Origin: an uncultured archaeon | Lineage (GTDB): Archaea > Asgardarchaeota > Lokiarchaeia > Sigyniarchaeales > SOKP01 | Direction: 5' to 3' | NCBI GenBank assembly: GCA_964447495.1 | Contig: CAYUTF010000026.1 | Location: 7,192-26,173, forward strand | DNA: 18,982 bases | Part shown: in pieces, positions 1-8,451 of the stretch | Layout of the letters: each line of letters starts with the position of its first letter | How positions within the stretch are numbered: position 1 is the stretch's first letter | The notes under the pieces: model-generated | The model's database searches: none | What the model was told of the DNA's origin: nothing | The model's input: only the letters and a program-made list of their open reading frames with translations | Translations under genes and position numbers: made by a program

Positions 1-104
1 ACGTAAGATGATTCATTATCCTTACTCACTAACTCCTTTGGAATACCCAATGCAGCACAAAGTTTATCTCTAAAATATTTTATATCACTAAACTCTTCAC
101 TCAT
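1..104 (-). CDS. Partial CDS (runs off left edge), hypothetical protein with a portal-like motif
   Basis: Manual translation from ATG at 104: MSEEFSDIKYFRDKLCAALGIPKELVSKDNESSY..., open to the window edge; AAAGGAAA RBS-like sequence upstream. Not in the ORF track. Confidence 0.65.
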   Translation of the reverse strand, partial: MSEEFSDIKYFRDKLCAALGIPKELVSKDNESSY

Positions 105-152
105 TATACTTTTCCTTTCTTTGAAATCTCATCAAATATCAAAACATAACAT

Positions 153-398
153 TTACGTACCCAAAACATAACATTTATTCTGTCCACTTGGTTTTCCAGA
201 ACTAATACATTCACCTTTTTTAAAAAAAGGACAAATTACTCCAGTAACTTCTCCCTTATAAATCACTATATTAACTTTTTTATTATCTAATATAGGATTT
301 TGACAAGGCCACCACCAACAATTTACACACTTTACTGTAGTTACATTATCAACATTTATCTTGCAGCCTTCTTTTTGTTCATTATTATTTGTCAACAT
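153..398 (-). CDS. Small Cys-rich hypothetical protein
   Basis: 81 aa ORF overlapping the stop of the upstream gene; CVNC, C, CPF, C, C pattern suggests metal binding. Confidence 0.6.
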   Translation of the reverse strand: MLTNNNEQKEGCKINVDNVTTVKCVNCWWWPCQNPILDNKKVNIVIYKGEVTGVICPFFKKGECISSGKPSGQNKCYVLGT

Positions 399-1162
399 GG
401 CATCTCTCTTATCCTAGCCCACATTGGCCACTCATCAACAATATCACCTTTTCTGCTTTTAGAACTATTTTTCTTTGCCCAAACAGTCCCCATCTGCTTG
501 AAAAAAATCTTACAACCAAGAAGTCTAGCATATGACACAATCTTCTCAGCATGATTTTCGTTCATTTCCCTTGCTTTTTGACCAGATTCTCCACCAATAA
601 TCACCCATTCAATCCCACGAAGATTAAAAAAATCATCCTCTACTGGAGTAACATAAGGACTAAAAATATCACCAATTAATGGCTCAAAAGATACAAATTT
701 ATGTTCAACATTAGTACCTCTCAAAGTATTAATCCTATTAACTGTTTGTCTCAATCCAACAGATACACCGTACCAAACATGATCAAGAAATCCATTTCTT
801 TCTTGAAAATATTTATTCATTCTTTGGGCTCTTTTTGTCAAAATAATATACTTGTGATGATTATATTTATTCATTGCATCATGTATATCATCAATAAAAC
901 TAAATGGCACTTCAGAATGGAAAGGGTCTCCCATCGAACATATAAAAACCCATCTAGGTCTAGTCCATTCACCTAATTTTTTAAGCATATCTGGATGACA
1001 ACGAACATCAAATCCATCCTCATAATTTTTCTGACCCATTGCTTTCAATCGCATAGCCATTTTTTCAGCATAACAATTATCACATTCTGGACTAACCTTT
1101 GAACAACCTGTCACTGGATTTAATGTCGCGTCAGTCCAATGAATAGCACTCTTATCTCCCAT
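392..1162 (-). CDS. Phage Gp37/Gp68 family (DUF5131) radical-SAM-like protein
   Basis: Family signature: SAIHWTDATLNPVTGCSKVSPECDNCYA (Cx6Cx2C), FICSMGDPFH, ILTKR, VSFEPLIG, WVIIGGESG, FFKQMG. Confidence 0.92.
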   Translation of the reverse strand: MGDKSAIHWTDATLNPVTGCSKVSPECDNCYAEKMAMRLKAMGQKNYEDGFDVRCHPDMLKKLGEWTRPRWVFICSMGDPFHSEVPFSFIDDIHDAMNKYNHHKYIILTKRAQRMNKYFQERNGFLDHVWYGVSVGLRQTVNRINTLRGTNVEHKFVSFEPLIGDIFSPYVTPVEDDFFNLRGIEWVIIGGESGQKAREMNENHAEKIVSYARLLGCKIFFKQMGTVWAKKNSSKSRKGDIVDEWPMWARIREMPC

Positions 1163-1181
1163 ACAAAACCTTATCCTTTTA

Positions 1182-1553
1182 TCAACTCTTCCATATACCC
1201 ATTTCTATTTTTGTCTTTCTGTACTCTCTTTTTCTTTTACTGTTCTTCTTTACAACTTCAACTCTTGTTCTTTCATCACAAATCATAACTTTAATATCTT
1301 TACCATATAATTTCTTCAAATTATCAGATACTTTTCCAAATTCAGACAAACAATTTGATGGTAATCCTTCAGTATCAATATGAACAATCAACATATCACC
1401 AGGATTAATACTAACCCTTGTTACTTCTTTTATTTTTTCATTAATTACAAAAGAACCATCACTTTTAGGCATAGAATATGCCATTGATGTAAATTCTTCA
1501 CTACCAATATCTATACCTATTTTTTTGAAATCTTCTTCTAATGTTGTTCTCAT
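1182..1553 (-). CDS. Hypothetical protein
   Basis: 123 aa ORF, ATGA overlap with the upstream resolvase gene; contains PGDMLIVHIDTEGLP. Confidence 0.75.
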   Translation of the reverse strand: MRTTLEEDFKKIGIDIGSEEFTSMAYSMPKSDGSFVINEKIKEVTRVSINPGDMLIVHIDTEGLPSNCLSEFGKVSDNLKKLYGKDIKVMICDERTRVEVVKKNSKRKREYRKTKIEMGIWKS

Positions 1554-1924
1554 TTTATCAACCTTCTAAATTCTTCAAAAACTCTTACAGGAATCATCAC
1601 CCAATCTCTATCAGTAGTACTATCAACTTCTCCACCTTTTATCTCTATAGCCAAAGCAGGTTCACAACCATTATCTTCTGCTTCTCTTGAAATTTTTTTC
1701 AACCATGACCATTTTATAGATATACTTGCCTTTCCTGTTTGTTTAGCTTCAACTAAAAATTCCTTCTCTCCAACATGTATATCTCTAACATCACCCTTCG
1801 AATGATAATTAGCACCAGAACCATTAACTCTTTTTCCGCCAAATCTTTTAGCTAATCTGTTTTCTTGTTCTGTAGGATTTACATCATCGGTACCATAATA
1901 TCGTCTTGGCTCAAACCGTCCCAT
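1550..1924 (-). CDS. Holliday junction resolvase, PD-(D/E)xK nuclease (Hjc-like phage type)
   Basis: ENRLAKRFGGKRVNGSGA...KGDV...LVEAKQT motif set; directly downstream of the RecA-like gene. Confidence 0.82.
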   Translation of the reverse strand: MGRFEPRRYYGTDDVNPTEQENRLAKRFGGKRVNGSGANYHSKGDVRDIHVGEKEFLVEAKQTGKASISIKWSWLKKISREAEDNGCEPALAIEIKGGEVDSTTDRDWVMIPVRVFEEFRRLIK

Positions 1925-3158
1925 TTAAAATTTTATCCAATAACATCTTCCTGAGTTTTGTAAAAGTAGCTGGCTCTTCTATTCTAGCAATAGCATCTTT
2001 TTTCCTAGTATATTTTTCATTACCAACATACCAAATTTTATTCGTACCATCACCTTCTTCTCGATACATACCAAGTTTTGATGCCATTCCAATCACATAT
2101 TTTATCTCATCTACTTGTCCAGCTTTATTATCAGCAACCCACATGTAATAACTTCCAGATTGCTTTGGCGGTGCAGTTTTATTCTTTTCAGTTTTAAAAT
2201 TAACCTTTACATGTGTACCAATTTCTGATGCTAAATCTTTACCAAAAATATCTTTATCCTGGTCCTCTTTCGTCCACTTTGATGTCCAAAATTTTACAAT
2301 CGCACTAGCAAAAAACAACTGTCCCTTTCCAGCAGTCATTACCCTATTATCACCAAATGACGAACCACCTATTTTTTCTCTATATTGATTAATCCAAATA
2401 TGAGTAGGCGCTTTACCATTTGACTTTAAAATAGAAGTAATGCCAGACAATATCTTTCTAATAAATTTATTTATTAATCTAGCTTGTAAACCCTGTTGCC
2501 ACTCTACTAAACTATTTTCTATTTCAGCAGATGGTGTCATAGCAGCAATAGAATCAAGAATAAATAAATCAATTTCTCCTGTTCTTATTAAAGCCTCATA
2601 AATATCACAAAGTTCTTCAGTCGTTTCAGCCTGAACATATAATAATCTTTTAATATCAACACCTAATTTTATAGCCCAATCTTTATCAAATGTTCCTTCT
2701 GGGTCAAACAATACAACTCTAAATTCACTATAAGAATTATCTTTATATCTTTCTATTCTATTCTTAAAATCTGAATCTTTTTCATTTTCATATTGTTTAG
2801 GCTTAAATATACCTCTATTAAAACAATCACATTTTCCTTCTGCACCCCAATATGATTCTCCTTCTGAATCAACAAATTCAGATACAACTAAATCCTTAAC
2901 TAGCCTATAACAATTCGAACATATATTCTGAGCTAATCCAGCTGTCCTTAATGCGTTCGTTGTCTTGCCACTCGATTCATCTCCAACAAATATAGTAGCA
3001 CGCCCAACAGGTACCCCACCACCTAAAGCCCTATCAAAGGCTAAACTTCCAGTGGATAAACGTGCTATATTTTTTATCAATCCAGCATTACCAATTGTAC
3101 CAGAACCATGCTCTTTATTTATAATTTTTTTAAGTACAGAAAGAGTAGGACTTGCCAT
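1911..3158 (-). CDS. recA: RecA/UvsX-like recombinase with a Cys-containing insertion
   Basis: LSTGSLAFDRALGGGVPVGR, Walker A GDESSGKTT, FDPEG, Walker B LFILDSIAAMTP, GLQARL, INQYREKIG, KNKTAPP. Confidence 0.93.
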   Translation of the reverse strand: MASPTLSVLKKIINKEHGSGTIGNAGLIKNIARLSTGSLAFDRALGGGVPVGRATIFVGDESSGKTTNALRTAGLAQNICSNCYRLVKDLVVSEFVDSEGESYWGAEGKCDCFNRGIFKPKQYENEKDSDFKNRIERYKDNSYSEFRVVLFDPEGTFDKDWAIKLGVDIKRLLYVQAETTEELCDIYEALIRTGEIDLFILDSIAAMTPSAEIENSLVEWQQGLQARLINKFIRKILSGITSILKSNGKAPTHIWINQYREKIGGSSFGDNRVMTAGKGQLFFASAIVKFWTSKWTKEDQDKDIFGKDLASEIGTHVKVNFKTEKNKTAPPKQSGSYYMWVADNKAGQVDEIKYVIGMASKLGMYREEGDGTNKIWYVGNEKYTRKKDAIARIEEPATFTKLRKMLLDKILNGTV

Positions 3159-3166
3159 ATAATTAC

Positions 3167-3760
3167 CTATATGCCTTTTTCGTTAACTTCAGACTTAATT
3201 CTAGCATGTTCTTCTGAAATATCAGCAGCAATATCATCAGATATAATCTCGAAAATTTCAACAATATCATCACCATTTGATACTGGTATTTCTTCCATTG
3301 TATCTACCTGATGAGATTCAAATTCTTTAGCTCCTTTTAATGTCAAACCATATGAAACAAATATACTCCTATCTAAACATGCATTCAAAATACCAATTGT
3401 ATTTGCTTCAAATTGTGGCTTATATTCTTTTTCTTCAATACCAAATTCTTCTCTTTTTAGCATCTCCAATATAAAATTCTTAACCGCCCTCTTTACGATA
3501 GGTCTATCGTATTCATTCTCAAATTTTACATTTAAAGATAATTTAATCCTGCAAAATTCAAATCTTCTAAGTACAATTGTCCTACCAGACCTAAATCCAT
3601 GACTAAATAAATCTTCACGACCAGAATGAATCCCGGTCTTTCCACTTCCATTGTGTGAATCAGAATGACCTACTGCTTCACCTTTGTACCTCAATAATTT
3701 TTCTTTACAAATATTGCCTTCTATTTCTTTCATCTTTTCCTCCACATTCAACAAAACCAA
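3167..3760 (-). CDS. Hypothetical protein with an apparent internal duplication
   Basis: 197 aa ORF in operon; similar segments SGRTIVLRRFEFCRIKL and YGLTLKGAKEFESHQVD. Confidence 0.75.
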   Translation of the reverse strand: MVLLNVEEKMKEIEGNICKEKLLRYKGEAVGHSDSHNGSGKTGIHSGREDLFSHGFRSGRTIVLRRFEFCRIKLSLNVKFENEYDRPIVKRAVKNFILEMLKREEFGIEEKEYKPQFEANTIGILNACLDRSIFVSYGLTLKGAKEFESHQVDTMEEIPVSNGDDIVEIFEIISDDIAADISEEHARIKSEVNEKGI

Positions 3761-3769
3761 TCATTTTTT

Positions 3770-4273
3770 TTAACCAACATCTATACCAATATTTTTCCAT
3801 TCATCAACTATTTTATTATAAATATAACTTGAAGATTTAATATGCAAATATTGCAATGCAATCTTAATAGATAATATCATACCATCAGTATATAATTTCT
3901 GCCCCCTATTACCTCTTATTGGTGTATCTGGAATAGTTCCATCTTTAATCCAACCTTTAATAGAACTTACACCCCTACCAATATTATCGGCTAAATATTT
4001 TATAGAATGTCCAATATAAATATTACCATTAATATTAATATAAACAGGTCCATAATTTTTCTTAGGTTTAGATATTGGCAATTTTCCTTCAGCACGCAAT
4101 CTATCTTCTTCAGCTTTTTTCTTTGCCCTATATAATTTCGCTGCTTCTTTTGCCTTTTCCCTTGCTTCTAAATCATTTTGATATCTATCTTTTTTACGTT
4201 TCGATATTTTTTTCTTATTCATTCTATAATATTCACGCTGATATTCTTTTCTTTCTTCGGAACTAATACTCAT
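3770..4273 (-). CDS. Putative DNA-binding protein: basic N-terminal helix plus MerR/excisionase-like winged HTH
   Basis: C-terminal SIKYLADNIGRGVSSIKGWIKDGTIP...RGQKLYT matches the MerR-type wHTH pattern; K/R-rich N-terminus. Confidence 0.7.
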   Translation of the reverse strand: MSISSEERKEYQREYYRMNKKKISKRKKDRYQNDLEAREKAKEAAKLYRAKKKAEEDRLRAEGKLPISKPKKNYGPVYININGNIYIGHSIKYLADNIGRGVSSIKGWIKDGTIPDTPIRGNRGQKLYTDGMILSIKIALQYLHIKSSSYIYNKIVDEWKNIGIDVG

Positions 4274-4306
4274 TTAATCTTCTTTCTTTCCCCATAGTTC
4301 CAAAAA

Positions 4307-5821
4307 TCAAGGCAGTTTTATCCCAATACTCTCATAAAACCGTTGTCGCCTTTTCCATTTCGGTAAAAGTTGAGGAATGTCTTCATCTACTACATCAACT
4401 ACAATAGGTTTCGGTTTTTCTTTACAATTACCAGCTCTCCATGAACAATAACGTTCACATTTTTCCTTATCTTTATAACACCATCTCCTAACACGACCAA
4501 CTATCTGTTCTACATCTCCCATAGGCATCGAAAGAACCAATACATCAAGTGCTTCAACATCAAATCCTTCCTCAATGCTCTGCTTAGTTGCAAAAATTAC
4601 ATTGGCACGTTCTGCTTTATCAAAATCATTTTCTGTTCTTTTGACCATTTTAGGGTCACCTTTTTTATGCCTACTATTTGATTTTTCCCATACTTCTCCA
4701 GAAAACCATTCACCAGTACAAAAATCAATAGTAGGTTCAAAAGGCAAATTAAGATTAAATAAAGAATTCATCAACATATCACTCATAAGTTTCAAATGAG
4801 AAAGTCTTTCACTAACAACTATTATTTTACGACCATTTTGAACAGCCAATACTAATTGATCAACAATATCTTTTGCTCTAAATTGGTCATTTCCAAGTTG
4901 AGTTAAAATTTGAGCACTATTCAAATTATCAACTGATACATAATAATTACCCCTTATTATCGGTCTCAAATATGAATGAGTCTTTAACACTCTCAAACCA
5001 GGCACTTGCGCCTTAGTTTTAGCAGAATATGTAATATCACTTATATGATTAAAAAATACATCTTGTGCACCATCTTTTCGTCTAGGCGTTGCTGTTAAAC
5101 CAATTCTCCATGCAGCATTAAATCTAGGCAAAACAGATGACCATGAAGAAGCAGCTATTCTATGACATTCATCACTAATGACAATTCCAAATTCTGATTG
5201 ATATATCCTTTCTGGATACTTATGACTATCTTTATCTCTAACCAAAGATTGAAGCATTGCAATAACAAAATCACGACCTTCAAATTCACATTTATTCTGA
5301 CGAATAATACCCACTTTAGCATCTGGCATAAAATGTTTTATTCGCCGTTTCCACTGTTTTAAAAAAAATTCTTTATGAACAATAATTAATGTTTTCCTTC
5401 CAACTCTTCTTGCAAATTCCAATGCAGTTGGCGTCTTACCAAACGAACATGGCGCTTTCAACAAAAAACCATCCCATTGTTTACCATCCATTCTAGCAAG
5501 AAATGTTCTTATTACAGCTTCTTGTTCTACAAAATTACCAGTTGCTTTATATCTAGTAGTAAGGTTTGACATCTTACCACCATATGATACTTTAATCTCT
5601 TCTTCATGTTTCTTTGAAACATTCTTTTTATACCATGCTCTAGGAACTCCCAAGACATTTTCACGCTCATCATACATATAAATAGGAGACGGGTCTGCCT
5701 TTGATGCAATATCAGTTGTTCTCTTTGGATATACTGTCAAAGATTTTTTTATATTTATAATCTGCTGACCAGATAATTCATCTATTGGTAACCATACATT
5801 ACCACTAACAACAACTTTCAT
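4307..5821 (-). CDS. Superfamily 2 DExH helicase (UvsW/XPB-like)
   Basis: Motif I APCSFGKT, motif II DECH, motif III GLTATP, motif V EGFD, motif VI QIVGRVRR. Confidence 0.93.
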   Translation of the reverse strand: MKVVVSGNVWLPIDELSGQQIINIKKSLTVYPKRTTDIASKADPSPIYMYDERENVLGVPRAWYKKNVSKKHEEEIKVSYGGKMSNLTTRYKATGNFVEQEAVIRTFLARMDGKQWDGFLLKAPCSFGKTPTALEFARRVGRKTLIIVHKEFFLKQWKRRIKHFMPDAKVGIIRQNKCEFEGRDFVIAMLQSLVRDKDSHKYPERIYQSEFGIVISDECHRIAASSWSSVLPRFNAAWRIGLTATPRRKDGAQDVFFNHISDITYSAKTKAQVPGLRVLKTHSYLRPIIRGNYYVSVDNLNSAQILTQLGNDQFRAKDIVDQLVLAVQNGRKIIVVSERLSHLKLMSDMLMNSLFNLNLPFEPTIDFCTGEWFSGEVWEKSNSRHKKGDPKMVKRTENDFDKAERANVIFATKQSIEEGFDVEALDVLVLSMPMGDVEQIVGRVRRWCYKDKEKCERYCSWRAGNCKEKPKPIVVDVVDEDIPQLLPKWKRRQRFYESIGIKLP

Positions 5822-5837
5822 ATTTCAACCCTAAAAA

Positions 5838-6902
5838 TTAAAATGGTATATCATCATCATTAGGAGCTCTCTGTCCTACATATTGACCACTATTATTAAA
5901 TCCATTGTTATTATATCCACCACCAAATCCATCCCCATAAGCCTGTGCAGGCTCTCTCTGTGTCTTTCCTTGACTCATACCATAATTACCTTTATTAAAT
6001 CCTTGCTGCCTATTCTGATTATTCTTATTAATATTAGAATTATTTATCGAATCCTGTTGCTTGTTGTTACCTCTAACAAGCAGTACAAACTTTTCATGAT
6101 AACTCTCTACATCAACATCAAATACACCATTACCAGAATCAGGACTCGTATATACTGGTATATCTAAATTCAAATATTCTGGGTCTGCCCCACATGAAAC
6201 AAGATATCTCTCAAAATTTTCTGGTGCAATTCTATCTACAAATCTCCACTCACTACCTACAGAATCATCCTTTTTACCTTTTCTAGTAGTATCCCATATT
6301 GTACCAGTCAAATCCTCAATACCATGTTGTTGCCTGATCTTTTCAAGCTCCAACTGTAATGTCTTTAATATACCAGGATTATCAACAGAACCACGCCTAG
6401 CCCCAAGCAAAACTCTCTGAAAAGACCTTTCAAATCGGTCACCTCTATCATTTTCCCAATATTCATGATGCAAAAAAACCTTGCCATTCCTATATTCAAC
6501 TTGTCCCATATCAATAACAGGAAAAAATCCTACAAGAGAAGCATAATCCCTTTTCCCAGCACAAAGAACACATGGTTTCCTCGATAATCCATTCTTCTCT
6601 AAACAAATTGCAGTAAATGCTTGAAAAACATCATATGCATTTTTATATCTCCACAAACCATGTTCATAAACTTTAAATGGAGAACTATCCAAAAACAAAA
6701 CTCTTTTTGTAGCTGGTGTTCCAGGATTTACTAAATTTGGCTTCTTAGGAGTACCTTGTGGTGTAGGGATAGAAAACCGAAATCTGTACAACCTCTCATT
6801 AGTTGTAATTCCACTACCAGTATCATTATTATCATAACCACTGCCATACTCATCATATTCGTTAGGATCTCCCCATCCTTTACTGTAAGCTCCAATACCC
6901 AT
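5838..6902 (-). CDS. Single-stranded DNA-binding protein (gp32-like phage type)
   Basis: Canonical SSB acidic tip DDDIPF after an N/Q/G-rich linker; H...C...CxxC possible Zn site (EHGLW, ICLEK, PCVLC); lies between the DnaB and SF2 helicase genes. Confidence 0.75.
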   Translation of the reverse strand: MGIGAYSKGWGDPNEYDEYGSGYDNNDTGSGITTNERLYRFRFSIPTPQGTPKKPNLVNPGTPATKRVLFLDSSPFKVYEHGLWRYKNAYDVFQAFTAICLEKNGLSRKPCVLCAGKRDYASLVGFFPVIDMGQVEYRNGKVFLHHEYWENDRGDRFERSFQRVLLGARRGSVDNPGILKTLQLELEKIRQQHGIEDLTGTIWDTTRKGKKDDSVGSEWRFVDRIAPENFERYLVSCGADPEYLNLDIPVYTSPDSGNGVFDVDVESYHEKFVLLVRGNNKQQDSINNSNINKNNQNRQQGFNKGNYGMSQGKTQREPAQAYGDGFGGGYNNNGFNNSGQYVGQRAPNDDDIPF

Positions 6903-6938
6903 TTTCTTTTCCTTTCGTGATTCTATGTCACACTTTAC

Positions 6939-6953
6939 GTGCTAAATTAGCAC
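6939..6953. repeat. Inverted repeat GTGCTAA-A-TTAGCAC in the SSB leader
   Basis: 7-bp arms with a 1-nt centre, seen directly. Confidence 0.75.
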
Positions 6954-6963
6954 TGTTATATCC

Positions 6964-6981
6964 TGCGAACTCGAGTTCGCA
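6964..6981. promoter_or_regulatory. Perfect 18-bp palindrome TGCGAACTCGAGTTCGCA, putative operator (copy 1)
   Basis: Self-complementary and GC-rich in an AT-rich intergenic region; 17 bp are identical at 13579-13595. Confidence 0.7.
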
Positions 6982-7066
6982 AACATTTTGACTATTTCAT
7001 ATTTTTAACTGATTCTACTTTCACCAATGTCATTACTAAAACTCCAACAATCAATTCACATAAACA

Positions 7067-7095
7067 GAAATAATACCTATAACTAAATTTGTCAA
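7067..7095 (-). promoter_or_regulatory. Possible sigma70-type promoter for the SSB operon
   Basis: TTGACA (7090-7095) immediately after the DnaB stop, 17-bp spacer, weak -10 TATTTC; shares TTAGTTGACAAATT with the promoter at 10374-10402. Confidence 0.45.
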
Positions 7096-8451
7096 CTAAA
7101 ATCCTATATCATCATTATAATTATTCCCTTCATCTTCTTCTTCAATTTCACCAAACTCCATTCTATCAAAATCCCAATGAACCTTTATCTCTGGTTTCTT
7201 ATATTGACCTCTACGAAGTTTTAAATTTTTAAATTTCATTACTTTATCATCTTTATCATCTTTATTTTGTATTAATGCATAAACAGCATGAACATCCTGA
7301 CCAATCTCATCAGCTAATGCAATTGTTCCAAGTCTTGCCCCTCCACCCTTCTTCTCTGAAAGCTCAGCAGTCCTGTTCTGCTGTGCAAAACCTATCGAAG
7401 AATAACCAAGTTCCTTACAACTCCTCTTCATCCATCCAAGAGCCTCCACGGCTCTCTCACGACGATCCCCTTTAATATGTAAGTCATAAATCGAATCAAC
7501 AGCAACAAGTTCAGCATTGCAAGCACGAATTGCAGCATCTATACCACGTGGACTCAAATCATCATCAGAATCCATAATCCACAATCCATCCTTACCAACT
7601 TCACCATTAATTGTATTAACAAATTTCTGTTCCATAACAGTTGGAAGTTGACCAGTAATAACATTATAATAACTAACATCAGAATGAATAGTAAAAAATC
7701 TCTCAGCTATCTCATCCTTGCTCATTTCTGGTGAAACAATTAAAACACGCTTATCTTTCATCCAAGCATGTCTACCACATATAATACATACGAACGTTTT
7801 CCCAACTGAAGGTCGAGCAACAAACATAGTAACAGTCTTTGGCCATGCACCTGCTGTCATATCGTCTATTGTTTTCCATGGAAAAGGAATACCTCTATAT
7901 CCATCTGCAGCCTTTCTATAATTCTCAAGAACCTTTCCTCCGATATCCAATAAATTATGTGGCATACGTCGTTTACCGAGGTCTTGTGCTGCTCTTATAA
8001 GTTCTTCAATACTTGGAGATAAAGAATCTATTCCTTCAGCTTTAAAACCATTAACAGCAACATCTTGTGCACAATAAATTAAGCGACGTATAGAACTTGC
8101 TTCTCTAACTATATTTGCGTAATGACCAACATTAGAAGGAGCAGCAACTGCATCTGTCAAACTAGATAACGCAATCGCTCCACCTATTTTATCCAATTTT
8201 CCTTGTTCTCTTAATTTATTCCCTAATGTAACATGGTCAACAGGTATTCCTTCTTCAAACAAAGAATATATGCCATAAAAAATTATTCTATTTGCACTGA
8301 CATAAAAATCCTCTTCATTTACATTAGCAAATACTTCACCCCAACAATCATTATTAAGAAGAACAGATCCAAGAACAGCCCTTTCAGCTTCTCCATTATA
8401 AGGAGGAACCCTTTCTTCATCTCTCATATTAGGAATCTCCCTAATTACCAT
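7096..8451 (-). CDS. dnaB: Replicative DNA helicase, DnaB family
   Basis: N-terminal PPYNGEAERAVLGSVLL...EDFY...PVDHVTL DnaB domain; Walker A ARPSVGKT, SPEMS, VAVDSIY, AQQNR, IGQD, KLRRG. Confidence 0.92.
   Translation of the reverse strand: MVIREIPNMRDEERVPPYNGEAERAVLGSVLLNNDCWGEVFANVNEEDFYVSANRIIFYGIYSLFEEGIPVDHVTLGNKLREQGKLDKIGGAIALSSLTDAVAAPSNVGHYANIVREASSIRRLIYCAQDVAVNGFKAEGIDSLSPSIEELIRAAQDLGKRRMPHNLLDIGGKVLENYRKAADGYRGIPFPWKTIDDMTAGAWPKTVTMFVARPSVGKTFVCIICGRHAWMKDKRVLIVSPEMSKDEIAERFFTIHSDVSYYNVITGQLPTVMEQKFVNTINGEVGKDGLWIMDSDDDLSPRGIDAAIRACNAELVAVDSIYDLHIKGDRRERAVEALGWMKRSCKELGYSSIGFAQQNRTAELSEKKGGGARLGTIALADEIGQDVHAVYALIQNKDDKDDKVMKFKNLKLRRGQYKKPEIKVHWDFDRMEFGEIEEEDEGNNYNDDIGF

Noticed and set aside
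2721-2924. Possible intein in the RecA-like gene
   Set aside because: Too short, no His-Asn followed by Cys/Ser/Thr at the junction, and no recognisable splicing blocks.
5527-5709. 60-aa minus-strand ORF nested in the SF2 helicase gene
   Set aside because: Out-of-frame internal ORF with no motif or clear RBS.
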